Below the pieces are notes generated by a model that was not told where the DNA came from, ran no database searches, and worked only from the letters and a program-made list of their open reading frames with translations. A stretch of 63,832 nt of DNA, the filler included, from an uncultured Thermoplasmatales archaeon (GTDB lineage: Archaea > Thermoplasmatota > E2 > DHVEG-1): the NCBI GenBank assembly GCA_964517155.1. It is 5 parts of 5 records of this genome, joined end to end, with 100 filler letters (N's around TTAATTAATTAA, not from the genome) between each part and the next. Parts side by side here need not be neighbours in the genome. Positions count along the whole stretch, not along the records: positions 29,363 to 33,765 come from CAZFAZ010000030.1; positions 33,866 to 56,662 come from CAZFAZ010000033.1; 3 more parts are not named here. One strand, 5' to 3'. Made by a program: the position numbers and the translations under genes. This document shows positions 29,527 through 42,053 of the stretch, in pieces; positions within the stretch are counted from its first letter, which is position 1; the number at the start of each line of letters is the position of its first letter.

Positions 29527-30702
29527 ATGACTGAAACAAAATACATTTTTGAATCAGAAAAACCTGAAACAATAAAAATCAACTCAGAAATCAAGATAAA
29601 AAAAGTTACAACAACAAAAGAATTCAAAGATTTTTTTAACTTTGCTTGGGAAATATACAAAGACGACAAAAACTGGGTACCGCCAATATGGGGAGAAACA
29701 AAAGACTTGTTCAAAACAAAAAATTATTTCTGGAGACATGCAAAATCATGTTTATTTCTTGCATACAAAAACGAAAAAATAGTCGGAAGAATATCTGCAA
29801 TAATCGACGAGCTTTGTATAAAAAAAGAAAAAGAAGACATTGGATATTTCGGCTTTTTTGAAGTAACAGATGACTACAAAATTGCAGAAGTATTATTTAA
29901 CGTGGCAAAAAAATGGCTTAAACAAAATAAAATGAAAAAAATGAGAGGACCAATAGATGCAAGAATAGATGTCAGATGCGGACTTCTCTTGAATGGATAC
30001 AACGAAACACCCTTTATTTTTGCATCATATAATCCAAAATATTATGTAGACTTTGTTGAAAAATACGGTATGAAAAAATGTAGAGATCAATTAGTTTATT
30101 ATCTTGATTTATCACCAGAGATACCGGCTTATCTTAAAGAAGCAGCTGAAAAAGTTGAAAAAATGGGCATAAAGATACGTGGATTTAACAGATTAAAAGC
30201 AGGAAGTGAAATAAAATGGTGGATTCCAATGATGATGAAAACATTTTCATTTCACTGGGGTTATGTAGATGCACCTAAAGAAGAAGTAAAAACAAGATTT
30301 GGTGTTAAACAGATAAGATGGGTTGCAGATCCGGGCCTCTTCTTAATAGCAGAATCCTCCAATGGAAAACCAATAGCTTTCAAATGGACAACACCTGATT
30401 TTAACCAACCAATAAAAAAACTTAATGGAAAACTTGGAATACTTGGATATTTAAAATTTTTTTATTATACAAAAAAAATTAATAGAGGACGCTTTAATTT
30501 TGTTGGAATAAAAAAAGAATGGCAGGGCAAAAGCATAGGCTCTGCAATGAATTACTGGACAATGCTTGAAATGAAAAAACGCAATTACTCAGGTGCAGAA
30601 TGCGGTTGGATAGATGAAAAAAACATTGCATCTCAGAAAACAATTGAAAAAACAGGTGCAAAGTTATACAAAAAATACAGAGTTTATGAAATAAAAACAT
30701 AA
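29527..30702 (+). CDS. GNAT-family N-acyltransferase (YghO-like tandem GNAT)
   Basis: WVPP, VGRISAIID, GYFGFFE, YNPKYY, GIKKEWQGKSIG and KKYRVYE. Confidence 0.85.
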   Translation: MTETKYIFESEKPETIKINSEIKIKKVTTTKEFKDFFNFAWEIYKDDKNWVPPIWGETKDLFKTKNYFWRHAKSCLFLAYKNEKIVGRISAIIDELCIKKEKEDIGYFGFFEVTDDYKIAEVLFNVAKKWLKQNKMKKMRGPIDARIDVRCGLLLNGYNETPFIFASYNPKYYVDFVEKYGMKKCRDQLVYYLDLSPEIPAYLKEAAEKVEKMGIKIRGFNRLKAGSEIKWWIPMMMKTFSFHWGYVDAPKEEVKTRFGVKQIRWVADPGLFLIAESSNGKPIAFKWTTPDFNQPIKKLNGKLGILGYLKFFYYTKKINRGRFNFVGIKKEWQGKSIGSAMNYWTMLEMKKRNYSGAECGWIDEKNIASQKTIEKTGAKLYKKYRVYEIKT

Positions 30703-30788
30703 AAAATACCATGATTTTATGAGTTAATTTAAAAACATATTATTGATATACTATTATTAATATTACATATAACAGTTTAGGATAAAAA

Positions 30789-31169
30789 ATGGTGAGAAGA
30801 GAAATGAAAAAAATAATGGTTGTTGATAACGAACCCGATATTGTTGATTTAACACGTACTGTCTTAGAACTCGGTGGTTACCAGGTTGTAACAGCATACA
30901 GTGGTGAAGAATGTTTAAGGCGTCTTGAAAAAGAAAAAGTCGATCTCGTGTTACTAGATATAATGATGCCAGGTATGAGCGGTTGGGATGTATTTAACAG
31001 AATCAATAAAAAATCTCCAGAGATAAAAGTAGCCTTTATGAGTGTTCTTGAAATATCAGATAAAAGAAAACAAGTACTTCTTGATGAAGGACTTGCAGAT
31101 TATATTATGAAACCTTTTGATAAAGAAACACTACTTAATAGAATAGATAAGATACTTCAGGAAAAGTGA
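30789..31169 (+). CDS. Stand-alone response regulator receiver
   Basis: VVDNEPD, LLDIMMPGMSGW and DYIMKPF. Confidence 0.93.
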   Translation: MVRREMKKIMVVDNEPDIVDLTRTVLELGGYQVVTAYSGEECLRRLEKEKVDLVLLDIMMPGMSGWDVFNRINKKSPEIKVAFMSVLEISDKRKQVLLDEGLADYIMKPFDKETLLNRIDKILQEK

Positions 31170-31178
31170 TAAAAAATC

Positions 31179-31553
31179 ATGGGTAAAACAATACTTGTAG
31201 TAGATGACGAGCCAGATATACTTTTAACTGTTGCTCAGACTTTAGAAATATATGGTTATAATGTAGTTAAAGCAAAAAACGGCCAGGAATGCATAGAAAA
31301 ACTATGCCAGATGGGAGATAACCCTGATTTAGTGTTATTAGATATTATGATGCCTGAGATTAGTGGATGGGATGTAGCAGCAAAAATAAAAGAAAACCCT
31401 GACTGGAAAGAAATACCAATTGTGTTTCTTACTGCAAAAGGTGATACTATGAGTATTGGAATGGGAAATCTTGCAGCAGTTGATTATATTGTAAAGCCTT
31501 TTGATGTTAAAGATTTAAAACAAAGAATTGAAAGAATTCTTAAAAAAACTTAA
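31179..31553 (+). CDS. Stand-alone response regulator receiver
   Basis: VVDDEPD, LLDIMMPEISGW, FLTAK and DYIVKPF. Confidence 0.94.
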   Translation: MGKTILVVDDEPDILLTVAQTLEIYGYNVVKAKNGQECIEKLCQMGDNPDLVLLDIMMPEISGWDVAAKIKENPDWKEIPIVFLTAKGDTMSIGMGNLAAVDYIVKPFDVKDLKQRIERILKKT

Positions 31554-31634
31554 AAAATCTTTATTTCGGGTAATATTTGTACAATAAAGCCTTTTAAACA
31601 GTTTTTACAAAATATATATCATAGTGTGATAGGT

Positions 31635-31730
31635 TTGATTTGTAATAAATGTAAAATAAGGTTTGGAATAAAAAATGTAAACTTCTGGAGTGCAAAAGAA
31701 GGCATTTGTAAAAATTGTAAAAAAAGATAA
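31635..31730 (+). CDS. 31-aa zinc-finger microprotein (not in ORF track)
   Basis: TTG start after GTGTGA; MICNKCKIRFGIKNVNFWSAKEGICKNCKKR*. Confidence 0.55.
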   Translation: MICNKCKIRFGIKNVNFWSAKEGICKNCKKR

Positions 31731-31750
31731 AAAAAAGATTCATTTTTTAT

Positions 31751-33765
31751 TTAAGCTCGTCCGAAATTAAAGATTAGTATTGATATTTCTTCTTGAGCAG
31801 AAAGCCCGTTACTGTCGTATGCTTTTACTTTTATTGTATGACGTCCAAATATTACTTCATTAAAATAAAAGCTTATTGATGAATTAGTATCATTAAATTT
31901 CATTGCGTCATCAATGTATACTTCCATTTTTGTAATTGTTGCATCAACAGATTCTGCCTCTGCAATTATTGTTATTGGGCCTATAAGAAGCGTGTTTGCA
32001 AGTTTAAATAGTTCTTTATCTCTGAAATACATTTTACCCGCAATTGGTTTGGAAATAGTAACAGTTGGAGGTACAGGTTGCTCTTCAACAACAGTAATTG
32101 TAACTGTTATTTTTGCATTTCCTGCATTTGACGTAATACTTATATTACAGGAATATTCACCAACTTGCAGACCCGTGGTATTTGCAGTAACAGTAACTAT
32201 ATTATGTTCTCCTTCTGATGTGCCACTTGTTTCAGATAATTCTAGCCATGAACAATCCTTTGTTAGTTCATAGCTTAAAATGCCTGTTCCACTGTTCCAT
32301 ATATCAATTGTAGTTGATACTGTTTTATTTTTAAGTTTTTCACCAAAATCATAAGATTCAGGAGTGTATGCCAAAACAGGGTCATCTGGAATTGTTTCAC
32401 CTTTTGTAATTGTTACCTCATCATTTGCACTAACAGGTGTTTGATCATATGTTGAATTAGCAGTTACATTGACTTCATTTGAAGTATTCATATGCGCTGT
32501 TGCATTAAATGTAATACTAATTGTCTGAGATGGTAAAAGATCATCTTGTATTAACCAAGTAATTTGTTCATCATTTATAGTATTAGGCGTAACTGAAAAA
32601 TCAGTTGCAGAATCAAGACCACAATTCATTGTATCAATTACAACAATATTTGTTAAATCACATGTTCCTGTGTTGTTAATTATTATTTTAAATTCAACAT
32701 TTGCAGTAAACTTTTCTACTACTAAATCATCATCAACCCATACTTCACCATCAAATACTTTTTTATCAATAGAAATACTTGGTGTACAACCGCACTCATG
32801 AACTTCTACATATGCATCATCATAATTAGAAACTTGCAGTCCCAGTTCATCTTCTGCGGTAACAGTAGCATTATTTGTCGTACTTTCATACAACTGAGTA
32901 CTTGCAGTAAAAATCCAAGTTTCATCAAGATTAAGCCAACCATCCATATTAGTATCACCAGAAACATAAGAAACAACACCAAGCTTATCATCAACTACAA
33001 CAACATTTCTAAGAGGTACATTACCTGCATTTGTAACAGTATAAGTATATGTAACTAAATCTTCAGAATGAATAATAGTTGGATTTGCTTCTTTTACAAT
33101 CTCTATACATGGGCATGAAACAAATACATATGCTTCATCCTCATCTGAAACTTGAGGATACTGCCCATATGTTCCAACAACATCAACCAAATTTATTATT
33201 TGACCACAAACATTTACTGTTGCTTCGAAAGTAATTATAACAGTTTCCCCTGGTTGTACATCGCTTAAATTCCAGACATAAATAATATGACCGTTTAAAG
33301 GAGTAATTATATCATCAGGTTCATGCGATATACCATTTACTTTGGCGTTATTATTGTATGTAAAACCAATAGGTAAACTATCAGATACTTTAATATCTAA
33401 AGGAAATTCACCTGTGTTTGTAACTTCTATTTTAAATGTAACCCAGTCATCGCTGCCAATAATAATACCTGTAGTATTGTATTCACCGCAACAATTACAT
33501 TTAACAGATTTTACAACACTAATATTTGGTTCTCCACATATAACATTTACAGTGGCACTAGCAGAAACATCATAGGAACCATTGGCATTAGAAACAGATT
33601 CTCCTCCAGGATAATCAACAGGATCAAAACCCTCAGGATGCGCAGTAAGATTATTTATCCCCAGACCACAATCTACAGCTGTTGCATTATAATAAAAAGT
33701 AAGATTTTCGTTAGGCATAATAGAAGGAGGTCTGTGCCAGATAACTGTATTATTCTCCCAATCAT
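31751..33765 (-). CDS. Large surface protein with DUF11-like repeats, BACON-like and Ig-like domains; 5' end lost at linker
   Basis: Repeats 'I.K....VTF.I.VTNTG...L....V.D'; SWLELSETSG BACON-like segment; C-terminal Ig module GRHTIKVKAYD. Confidence 0.8.
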
Positions 33766-33865
33766 NNNNNNNNNNNNNNNNNNNNNNNNNNNNNNNNNNN
33801 NNNNNNNNNTTAATTAATTAANNNNNNNNNNNNNNNNNNNNNNNNNNNNNNNNNNNNNNNNNNNN
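33766..33865. other. Artificial contig linker
   Basis: N-run + TTAATTAATTAA + N-run. Confidence 0.98.
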
Positions 33866-34359
33866 CCAAGCATAGGATTATGCTTTATTAAATCACGTCT
33901 GATTGGAGGTATTTTTGCCATATCAAAGTTTATATCTTTTTCATATATCTTTTTGAGTTTTCCTTTTTCGGCATCTTCTAAAAGTCTAGGCCAGCTTGCT
34001 TCAGCCATACCAAGCAGTATGCTGTCTGCATGCTGTAATGCTTCTTGGGGCATTGCAGTTGGATGATAACCACCTAATACTACTTTTTTACCTCTTCTTC
34101 TGAATTCATCTGCAATTTCATACACTCGTGGCGCAGTCATTGTGTAGCAAGTAATACCAACTAAATCCACATCTTCCTCAAAATCAATATTTTCATAATT
34201 TTCATTAACGATTTTTACATCATACTTTGCAGGTGTTATTGCTGCCATATGCGGCAAAGTAATAATTGGGTATCCAAAGATAATAGAAGTCCAACTACCT
34301 TTATCTCGGTATGTTGTTGCACCATGTAATATCCTTGGAAATACAAGTAATACTTTCAT
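33866..34359 (-). CDS. B12-binding radical SAM protein, N-terminal part cut by linker
   Basis: AAITP, DLVGIT, VVLGGYHPT.MPQEA.QHADS; paralog of the adjacent gene. Confidence 0.85.
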
Positions 34360-34382
34360 TTTTGTATCACAACATTATTTTT

Positions 34383-35666
34383 TTAAATATCTAATTTTTC
34401 GTGTTTATAAAAATATCTAAGTGACATATTACCTATAAATAGAATCATTCCATTTATAGGATTTATATGATACTTGTTAAAACTTCTTTTTAATGATTGT
34501 TTGACTGAAAAATAATCACGAGCAACATATCTAATTCCATTTAGTAATTCTTCTTCAGTCATTTTTGTTGGTTTATAATTTACTTTTCCTTCTTCATATC
34601 TAGACCAATCATAGTTTGTAATGCGGCCTTCTTTTTCCATTCTTTCAAAAAGCCTTGTTCCAGGATATGGTGTTACAATGCTAAATGATGCAGAGTCAAG
34701 ATTCCATTCGTATATTGCATCTAGCGTTTTTTTGAATGTTTCAGGTGTGTCATGATCTAAGCCAAATATAAAAAATCCTGTGACGTCCATATCATAGTCT
34801 TTTATTTTTTTAACTGCTGTTGCATAGTTTTCTACTTTGTTTGTACTTTTTCCTGCTTGATTGATGTTTTCTTGAGAGATTGACTCTATTCCCAGATACC
34901 ATCTTTTAACACCTGCTTCCCTTGATAATTTTAAAAATTCATCATCACGAGAAATAACATTTATATTTCCAAAACAGTGGAATTTTTTATTTAATTGTAC
35001 CATTTCTTTGAAAAGTTTTTTTGAATAAGGCGGATTTATTGTTAATGATGCATCTGCAAAGAAAATTGTTTTTGATTTGATAGATTTCATTTCGTCAATT
35101 AGTTTATCTATGGGTCTTGCTCTGAAGCGTGGTCCTTCTATTTTTTGCATAGCACAAAATTCACAGCCTGTTGGACAGCCCCTGGATGATTGAACTGCTT
35201 CCCATAGAGTATAAACGCCTATGTCATGGCGTGCTGGTGGTATATCTTCTGGTTCAACAAGGTTATCTGATTTATAAAAGGGTTTAAGCTCTCCTTTTTC
35301 AACGTCTCTAAGTAGGTTAGGCCAAGTGTATTCTGCTTCGCCTATTACTACTGAATCTGCATGTTGTTTTGCTTCATCAGGTAGAAGTGATGCGTGGTAT
35401 CCACCGAAAACAACAGGTATCTTTTTTGCTCTAAAAATCTTTGAAATTTCGTATCCTCTCAAAGAATTGTATGTTAAGCAAGATATTCCAATAAGATCGT
35501 ATGTTTTGTTAAAATCTATATCTTCGTATCTTTCATCGATTATTTGAACATCATGTTTTGGTGGTGTTATACCTGCTACTTGTTGGAGAGTTAAACTAGG
35601 GTATTGAAACTTGTTTAGAAAGCTTTTTTTGGAATTTGGGTGCGGTGATACAAGTAATATTTTCAT
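34383..35666 (-). CDS. B12-binding domain radical SAM protein
   Basis: VVFGGYHAS B12 domain; SRGCPTGCEFC; GIESI and TPYPGT. Confidence 0.92.
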   Translation of the reverse strand: MKILLVSPHPNSKKSFLNKFQYPSLTLQQVAGITPPKHDVQIIDERYEDIDFNKTYDLIGISCLTYNSLRGYEISKIFRAKKIPVVFGGYHASLLPDEAKQHADSVVIGEAEYTWPNLLRDVEKGELKPFYKSDNLVEPEDIPPARHDIGVYTLWEAVQSSRGCPTGCEFCAMQKIEGPRFRARPIDKLIDEMKSIKSKTIFFADASLTINPPYSKKLFKEMVQLNKKFHCFGNINVISRDDEFLKLSREAGVKRWYLGIESISQENINQAGKSTNKVENYATAVKKIKDYDMDVTGFFIFGLDHDTPETFKKTLDAIYEWNLDSASFSIVTPYPGTRLFERMEKEGRITNYDWSRYEEGKVNYKPTKMTEEELLNGIRYVARDYFSVKQSLKRSFNKYHINPINGMILFIGNMSLRYFYKHEKLDI

Positions 35667-35820
35667 TAAATTTTTGTCTCCTTATTTTTTTGCTATAACA
35701 AAATGGCAAGTGATAATATTTGTTTTTTTATTTCATATCTTATGATTGAGTTCTTTTTAAGATATAGGATACCTATATAATGTTTTTCTTCGTTAAAAGA
35801 CGAAAAAATATGTTTTTATA

Positions 35821-35893
35821 TGGACTGGGCGGGATTTGAACCCGCGGCCTCTACCTTGCGAAGGTAGCGATCTTCCAGCTGATCTACCAGCCC
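35821..35893 (-). tRNA. tRNA-Ala(CGC), intronless, CCA not encoded
   Basis: GGGCTGGTAGATCAGCTGGAAGATCGCTACCTTCGCAAGGTAGAGGCCGCGGGTTCAAATCCCGCCCAGTCCA folds as a cloverleaf with G3:U70. Confidence 0.96.
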
Positions 35894-35958
35894 TTAATAC
35901 AATAATAAAATAAAAAAAGGAAAAGAAAAGATATTATTTGAGATTATCTCAAAAAACA

Positions 35959-37203
35959 TTATTTTTTAGTTCTATTTTTTGCTGCTTTAAGTGCTTCAAC
36001 AGCAGGTAGTTTTTCACCCATCATAAATTTTTCAAGGGATCCGCCACCTGTGCTTATATGAGAAATTTTATTTTCAAGACCTAATTTTTCAACTGCTGCA
36101 ACAGTGTGACCTCCACCAACAATTGAAAATACACCTGAGTTTGCAACATGTGTAAATATCTCCTGAGTTCCTTTCATAAAAGCAGGGTTTTCAAAAACAC
36201 CACATGGTCCTGAGAGAAATACTGTTTTAGCACTAGATATTATATCTTTAAAATTATTAATTGATTTTTCACCAATGTCAAATAAATTATACTCAGTTGG
36301 AAGTTGTGATAAATCTATTTCGTTTCTGAGGGTATTACTCTGCTGGGCAAAATCAAGTGGCAGATAAATGCTATCTTTATATTTTGAAAGTATTTTTTTT
36401 ATTTCTTCATAGTTTTCAGGTTTTCCTTCTTTTGCAAGCATTTCTTCGTTTTTATCGCCAAGTTTTATTCCTTCTGCTTTAAGAAATGCATTTGCTGGAA
36501 GGCCTGTTAGTATTATTTTATCTGCAGTTTTGTTTTCTAAAAGCCGCTCTATTGTTACTACAACATCTGAGAATTTTGCACCACCAAATAAAAAAACAGA
36601 TGGTTTTTCAGGATTAACAATAATTTTTCCAAGGGTGTCAAGTTCTTTTTCCAGCAATCGACCTGCTGCAGAAGGAAGAACCGCAGTAAAACCTGTTAAA
36701 CTGCATTGTTTTCTATGTGCAGCTGCAAAGGCATCATTTACAAATAAATCAGCAAGTGGATACAGGTTTTGTACCAAGTCTGATTCTGCATGCTCTTCAG
36801 GTATTTTTTTTTCTGTCTCTCCATTGTATTTTCTTACGTTGTCAAGCATAATTACATCGCCGGGTTGCATGTTTTTAATTGCATTTTGTGCAACTTCGCT
36901 ATAAATATCTTCAACAAACTTGACAGGTTTTCCTAAAAGTTCACTTGTTGCTTTTGCATGTTTTTGCATGTTTATAAAATCCCAATCTCCTTTTCTTCCT
37001 TGATGGGCGATAATTACTGTTTTTGCTTTTTTATCAATTAGCTCTTTTATTGTAGGAAGCACTCTTTTTATACGGGTTGTATCAAGTATTTCAAGAGTTT
37101 TTTTATCAAGTGGCATGTTAAAATCTACGCGCAGTAAAACAGTTTTATTTTCTAATTTAAAATCATCAAGTGTATTATATTCTTTCATAAGTTTAACCTC
37201 CAA
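35959..37203 (-). CDS. pgk: Phosphoglycerate kinase
   Basis: RVDFNMP, AHQGR, NDAFAAAHR, GGAK, GGGHT and HISTGGG. Confidence 0.97.
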   Translation of the reverse strand: MEVKLMKEYNTLDDFKLENKTVLLRVDFNMPLDKKTLEILDTTRIKRVLPTIKELIDKKAKTVIIAHQGRKGDWDFINMQKHAKATSELLGKPVKFVEDIYSEVAQNAIKNMQPGDVIMLDNVRKYNGETEKKIPEEHAESDLVQNLYPLADLFVNDAFAAAHRKQCSLTGFTAVLPSAAGRLLEKELDTLGKIIVNPEKPSVFLFGGAKFSDVVVTIERLLENKTADKIILTGLPANAFLKAEGIKLGDKNEEMLAKEGKPENYEEIKKILSKYKDSIYLPLDFAQQSNTLRNEIDLSQLPTEYNLFDIGEKSINNFKDIISSAKTVFLSGPCGVFENPAFMKGTQEIFTHVANSGVFSIVGGGHTVAAVEKLGLENKISHISTGGGSLEKFMMGEKLPAVEALKAAKNRTKK

Positions 37204-37251
37204 AAAATGTTATCAAAAGTGTTTATTTAAACAATTCTATAAAAAATAAGT

Positions 37252-39583
<2,332 letters not shown>

Positions 39584-39611
39584 AAATTTAAAAAACGTTT
39601 AAGAAAAAGTA

Positions 39612-41177
39612 TTATTTAATTGCTTCTTTGGCTCTTTTTACTACAAAATCTTTATTTAGATTTGATAAAAAGAATCCTGCACGAGGTCCTTTCTCTTGAC
39701 CTAGTATTATCTGATAAATGGTTTTAAAAGCAGTTTTAATTGGTATTTTTTCTTTCTCAGATATTTCATAAATTGTGTTGTGTATATCTTCTGCTTCCCA
39801 TTTTATATCTGGTAGTTTTTCATTTAGTTTTTTTAGAAAATTTATTTTTTCATCTGTTAAAACAATTTTTGGTAATTTGTTTTTAACTGTGAATTTTAAC
39901 ATATCTGGTGCAAAGTTTTCAAGCCAATATCTAACATGTTCCGAGCGTTGCTTTAAATGCTCTTCGTCTTCTTTGCTTAAGTCTTTAGGTATCTGATTTG
40001 TTCTAGTAAGTATCTTTTTTACATCACTCCAGTCTTCACCGATTTGAACAAGTGTTACAAGATGACGATAAGGGAGCTGAAAAGGTATCTTTTTTGGTAT
40101 TTCATAAGGCTGAGATAGTTCATAGGTTTCTGCTAGATCCTTTGTTCCTTTGAGCTCTTCTTCTATTTTAAAATATGCTCTTTCCTGCTGATCATAATCA
40201 TCTACAAGGTTTAAAACACCAAGACCTGGGTCAAACTGAATGTGTTTATTTGGTTGATTATTCATAAGTAAAAACCTTAACACTTCAGGAGGTGTTATCT
40301 TTAGCATTTCTTCAGCGGAAAGTGCAGTTCCCTTAGAACTATGCATTGCTCCTTTTCCCTTTAAAAGGATGAATTCATACATTGTATATTTCGGCGGGTT
40401 ATATCCGAATATTTCTTTTGATATTGCAACACCTGTATCATGGGTTCCACCAACTGTTCCATGGTCTTTTCCAAAAGGCTCAAAGGTTACACCTAGTATT
40501 TTCCAGCGTGCAGGCCAATCTATTCTCCAGGGTAGTTTTCCGATTCCACCAATTCTAATATCTGCTTTTCCTTCGTATCCGCAACCACAAGTGTACTCTA
40601 TATATGGATAATTATAAAGAACAGGTTGTGCAGAAGTAATTTTGCTGCATTTCTCGCATTTTATGTTAAATGGTATCCAATTTTTTGGAAGCTGTCTTTT
40701 TGATATTTTCTCAATTATTCTACGGATTTTATCTGTGTTTTCAAGTGCTGTCTGAATAGATTCTTCGTACATTCCAGTTTTATACATTTCACTTGCTTTG
40801 TAAACAGTGGGGTTTACTCCGAGCTCTTTAAGTGAATCTAAAAAAGTTGAAAGATAATGCTCAGCATAGCTTTTATGTTTATTACAAGGACAAGGAATAT
40901 CTGACAAAGGTTTTCCAACATGTTTTTCATAACTGTTTGGTAAAAAAGGATATACTTTTCTAAGGTTATCAAAATCATCTGCTATGTAAATTAGTTCTGC
41001 ATCAGCGTTTTTCTTTAAAACACTTCTATAGACGGCATCAGTTGTAAGAACCTCTCGCATGTTTCCAACATGAATTGGGCCAGAAGGTGTAATACCTGTT
41101 GCAAGAACATGTTTTTTATTTTCTTTTAATAGTTCCTCTGCTAAAACATCAGCCCAGTGCATTAGATTATTCTCCAC
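39612..41177 (-). CDS. lysS: Class I lysine--tRNA ligase
   Basis: HWAD, GITPSGPIHVGN, KLPWRIDWPARW, GKDH and GPRAG. Confidence 0.97.
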   Translation of the reverse strand: MENNLMHWADVLAEELLKENKKHVLATGITPSGPIHVGNMREVLTTDAVYRSVLKKNADAELIYIADDFDNLRKVYPFLPNSYEKHVGKPLSDIPCPCNKHKSYAEHYLSTFLDSLKELGVNPTVYKASEMYKTGMYEESIQTALENTDKIRRIIEKISKRQLPKNWIPFNIKCEKCSKITSAQPVLYNYPYIEYTCGCGYEGKADIRIGGIGKLPWRIDWPARWKILGVTFEPFGKDHGTVGGTHDTGVAISKEIFGYNPPKYTMYEFILLKGKGAMHSSKGTALSAEEMLKITPPEVLRFLLMNNQPNKHIQFDPGLGVLNLVDDYDQQERAYFKIEEELKGTKDLAETYELSQPYEIPKKIPFQLPYRHLVTLVQIGEDWSDVKKILTRTNQIPKDLSKEDEEHLKQRSEHVRYWLENFAPDMLKFTVKNKLPKIVLTDEKINFLKKLNEKLPDIKWEAEDIHNTIYEISEKEKIPIKTAFKTIYQIILGQEKGPRAGFFLSNLNKDFVVKRAKEAIK

Positions 41178-41187
41178 AAATGTTATT

Positions 41188-41757
41188 TTATAAAACTCTT
41201 GCTCTTATAAGTGCACGAAGTGGGACATCTCCTACTTTATCCATAGCTGTTTTATTTAGCACTGAGACACAAAGCACTGGTTTTGCTTTTTCTGTTTTTG
41301 CAGCTTTAACTGCAGATTTAAACGTTTCACCGCTTCCCATTACATCGTCAACAAAAACAACATTTTTATCTTTGACGCTGGCATAATTTGAAGAAAAAGC
41401 ACCTGATTTTTCATAATATGGTCTAAAAACTGCCATTTCAAGACCAAGTTTATCTGCAACAAAACCTGCAAATGGTATCCCATTAATTGCGATACCTACA
41501 ATTGTATCTACTTCTTCACATTCTTCAAGTATTATATCACAAAGAGCATCTGAGATAAATCCGATTCTAGAAGGATATACACCAATTGAGCGCCAACCTA
41601 TTTTAACATCACCAGTTGGTTTTTTCTCTTTACCCTTACTAAGAAGCCATGCGGCTGTTTCTTTAGATACGTTTAATTCTTCTGAGATTTCATGTTCGGT
41701 AAGTCCACTTTCTTTGTATTTTAAAGCTTTCTTAATAAGTGATTCTACTTCTTTCAT
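41188..41757 (-). CDS. gfcR: Orotate phosphoribosyltransferase-like HTH-PRT regulator (GfcR family); probable start 41757
   Basis: ISEELNVSKETAAWLL HTH, WRSIG, SSNYASV and VDDVMGSG. Confidence 0.85.
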   Translation of the reverse strand: MKEVESLIKKALKYKESGLTEHEISEELNVSKETAAWLLSKGKEKKPTGDVKIGWRSIGVYPSRIGFISDALCDIILEECEEVDTIVGIAINGIPFAGFVADKLGLEMAVFRPYYEKSGAFSSNYASVKDKNVVFVDDVMGSGETFKSAVKAAKTEKAKPVLCVSVLNKTAMDKVGDVPLRALIRARVL

Positions 41758-41864
41758 AAACTTCACACCCTTAGAAATATGTATATAAAAAGCATATTTA
41801 GATGTTTGCAAAGCCAAACAGTAAAACTAAAATACAGAAAATACATCATGGTTTCTGAATATTT

Positions 41865-42035
41865 ATGGCAAAAGACAAAAAAGGTGAAGGTTTTCACTCT
41901 GCAGCAGGGCTTATACGTTACTTTGATGCAGAAGAAAAAACAAGTCTGAAAATACCGCCATGGCTTATTGCAGGAATGTGCATTACAACAATTGTAGTTA
42001 TTGCTGCTGTACATATTATATGGCCATTGGGCTAA
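41865..42035 (+). CDS. secG: Preprotein translocase subunit Sec61beta (not in ORF track)
   Basis: MAKDKKGEGFHSAAGLIRYFDAEEKTSLKIPP plus one TM; the SAAGLIRYFD motif is diagnostic. Confidence 0.92.
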   Translation: MAKDKKGEGFHSAAGLIRYFDAEEKTSLKIPPWLIAGMCITTIVVIAAVHIIWPLG

Positions 42036-42053
42036 TAATTTAAAAAAACAAAA

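Noticed and set aside
24690..31553. Histidine kinase and the two receivers as one two-component locus
   Set aside because: A linker at 29263-29362 separates them; physical linkage is unsupported
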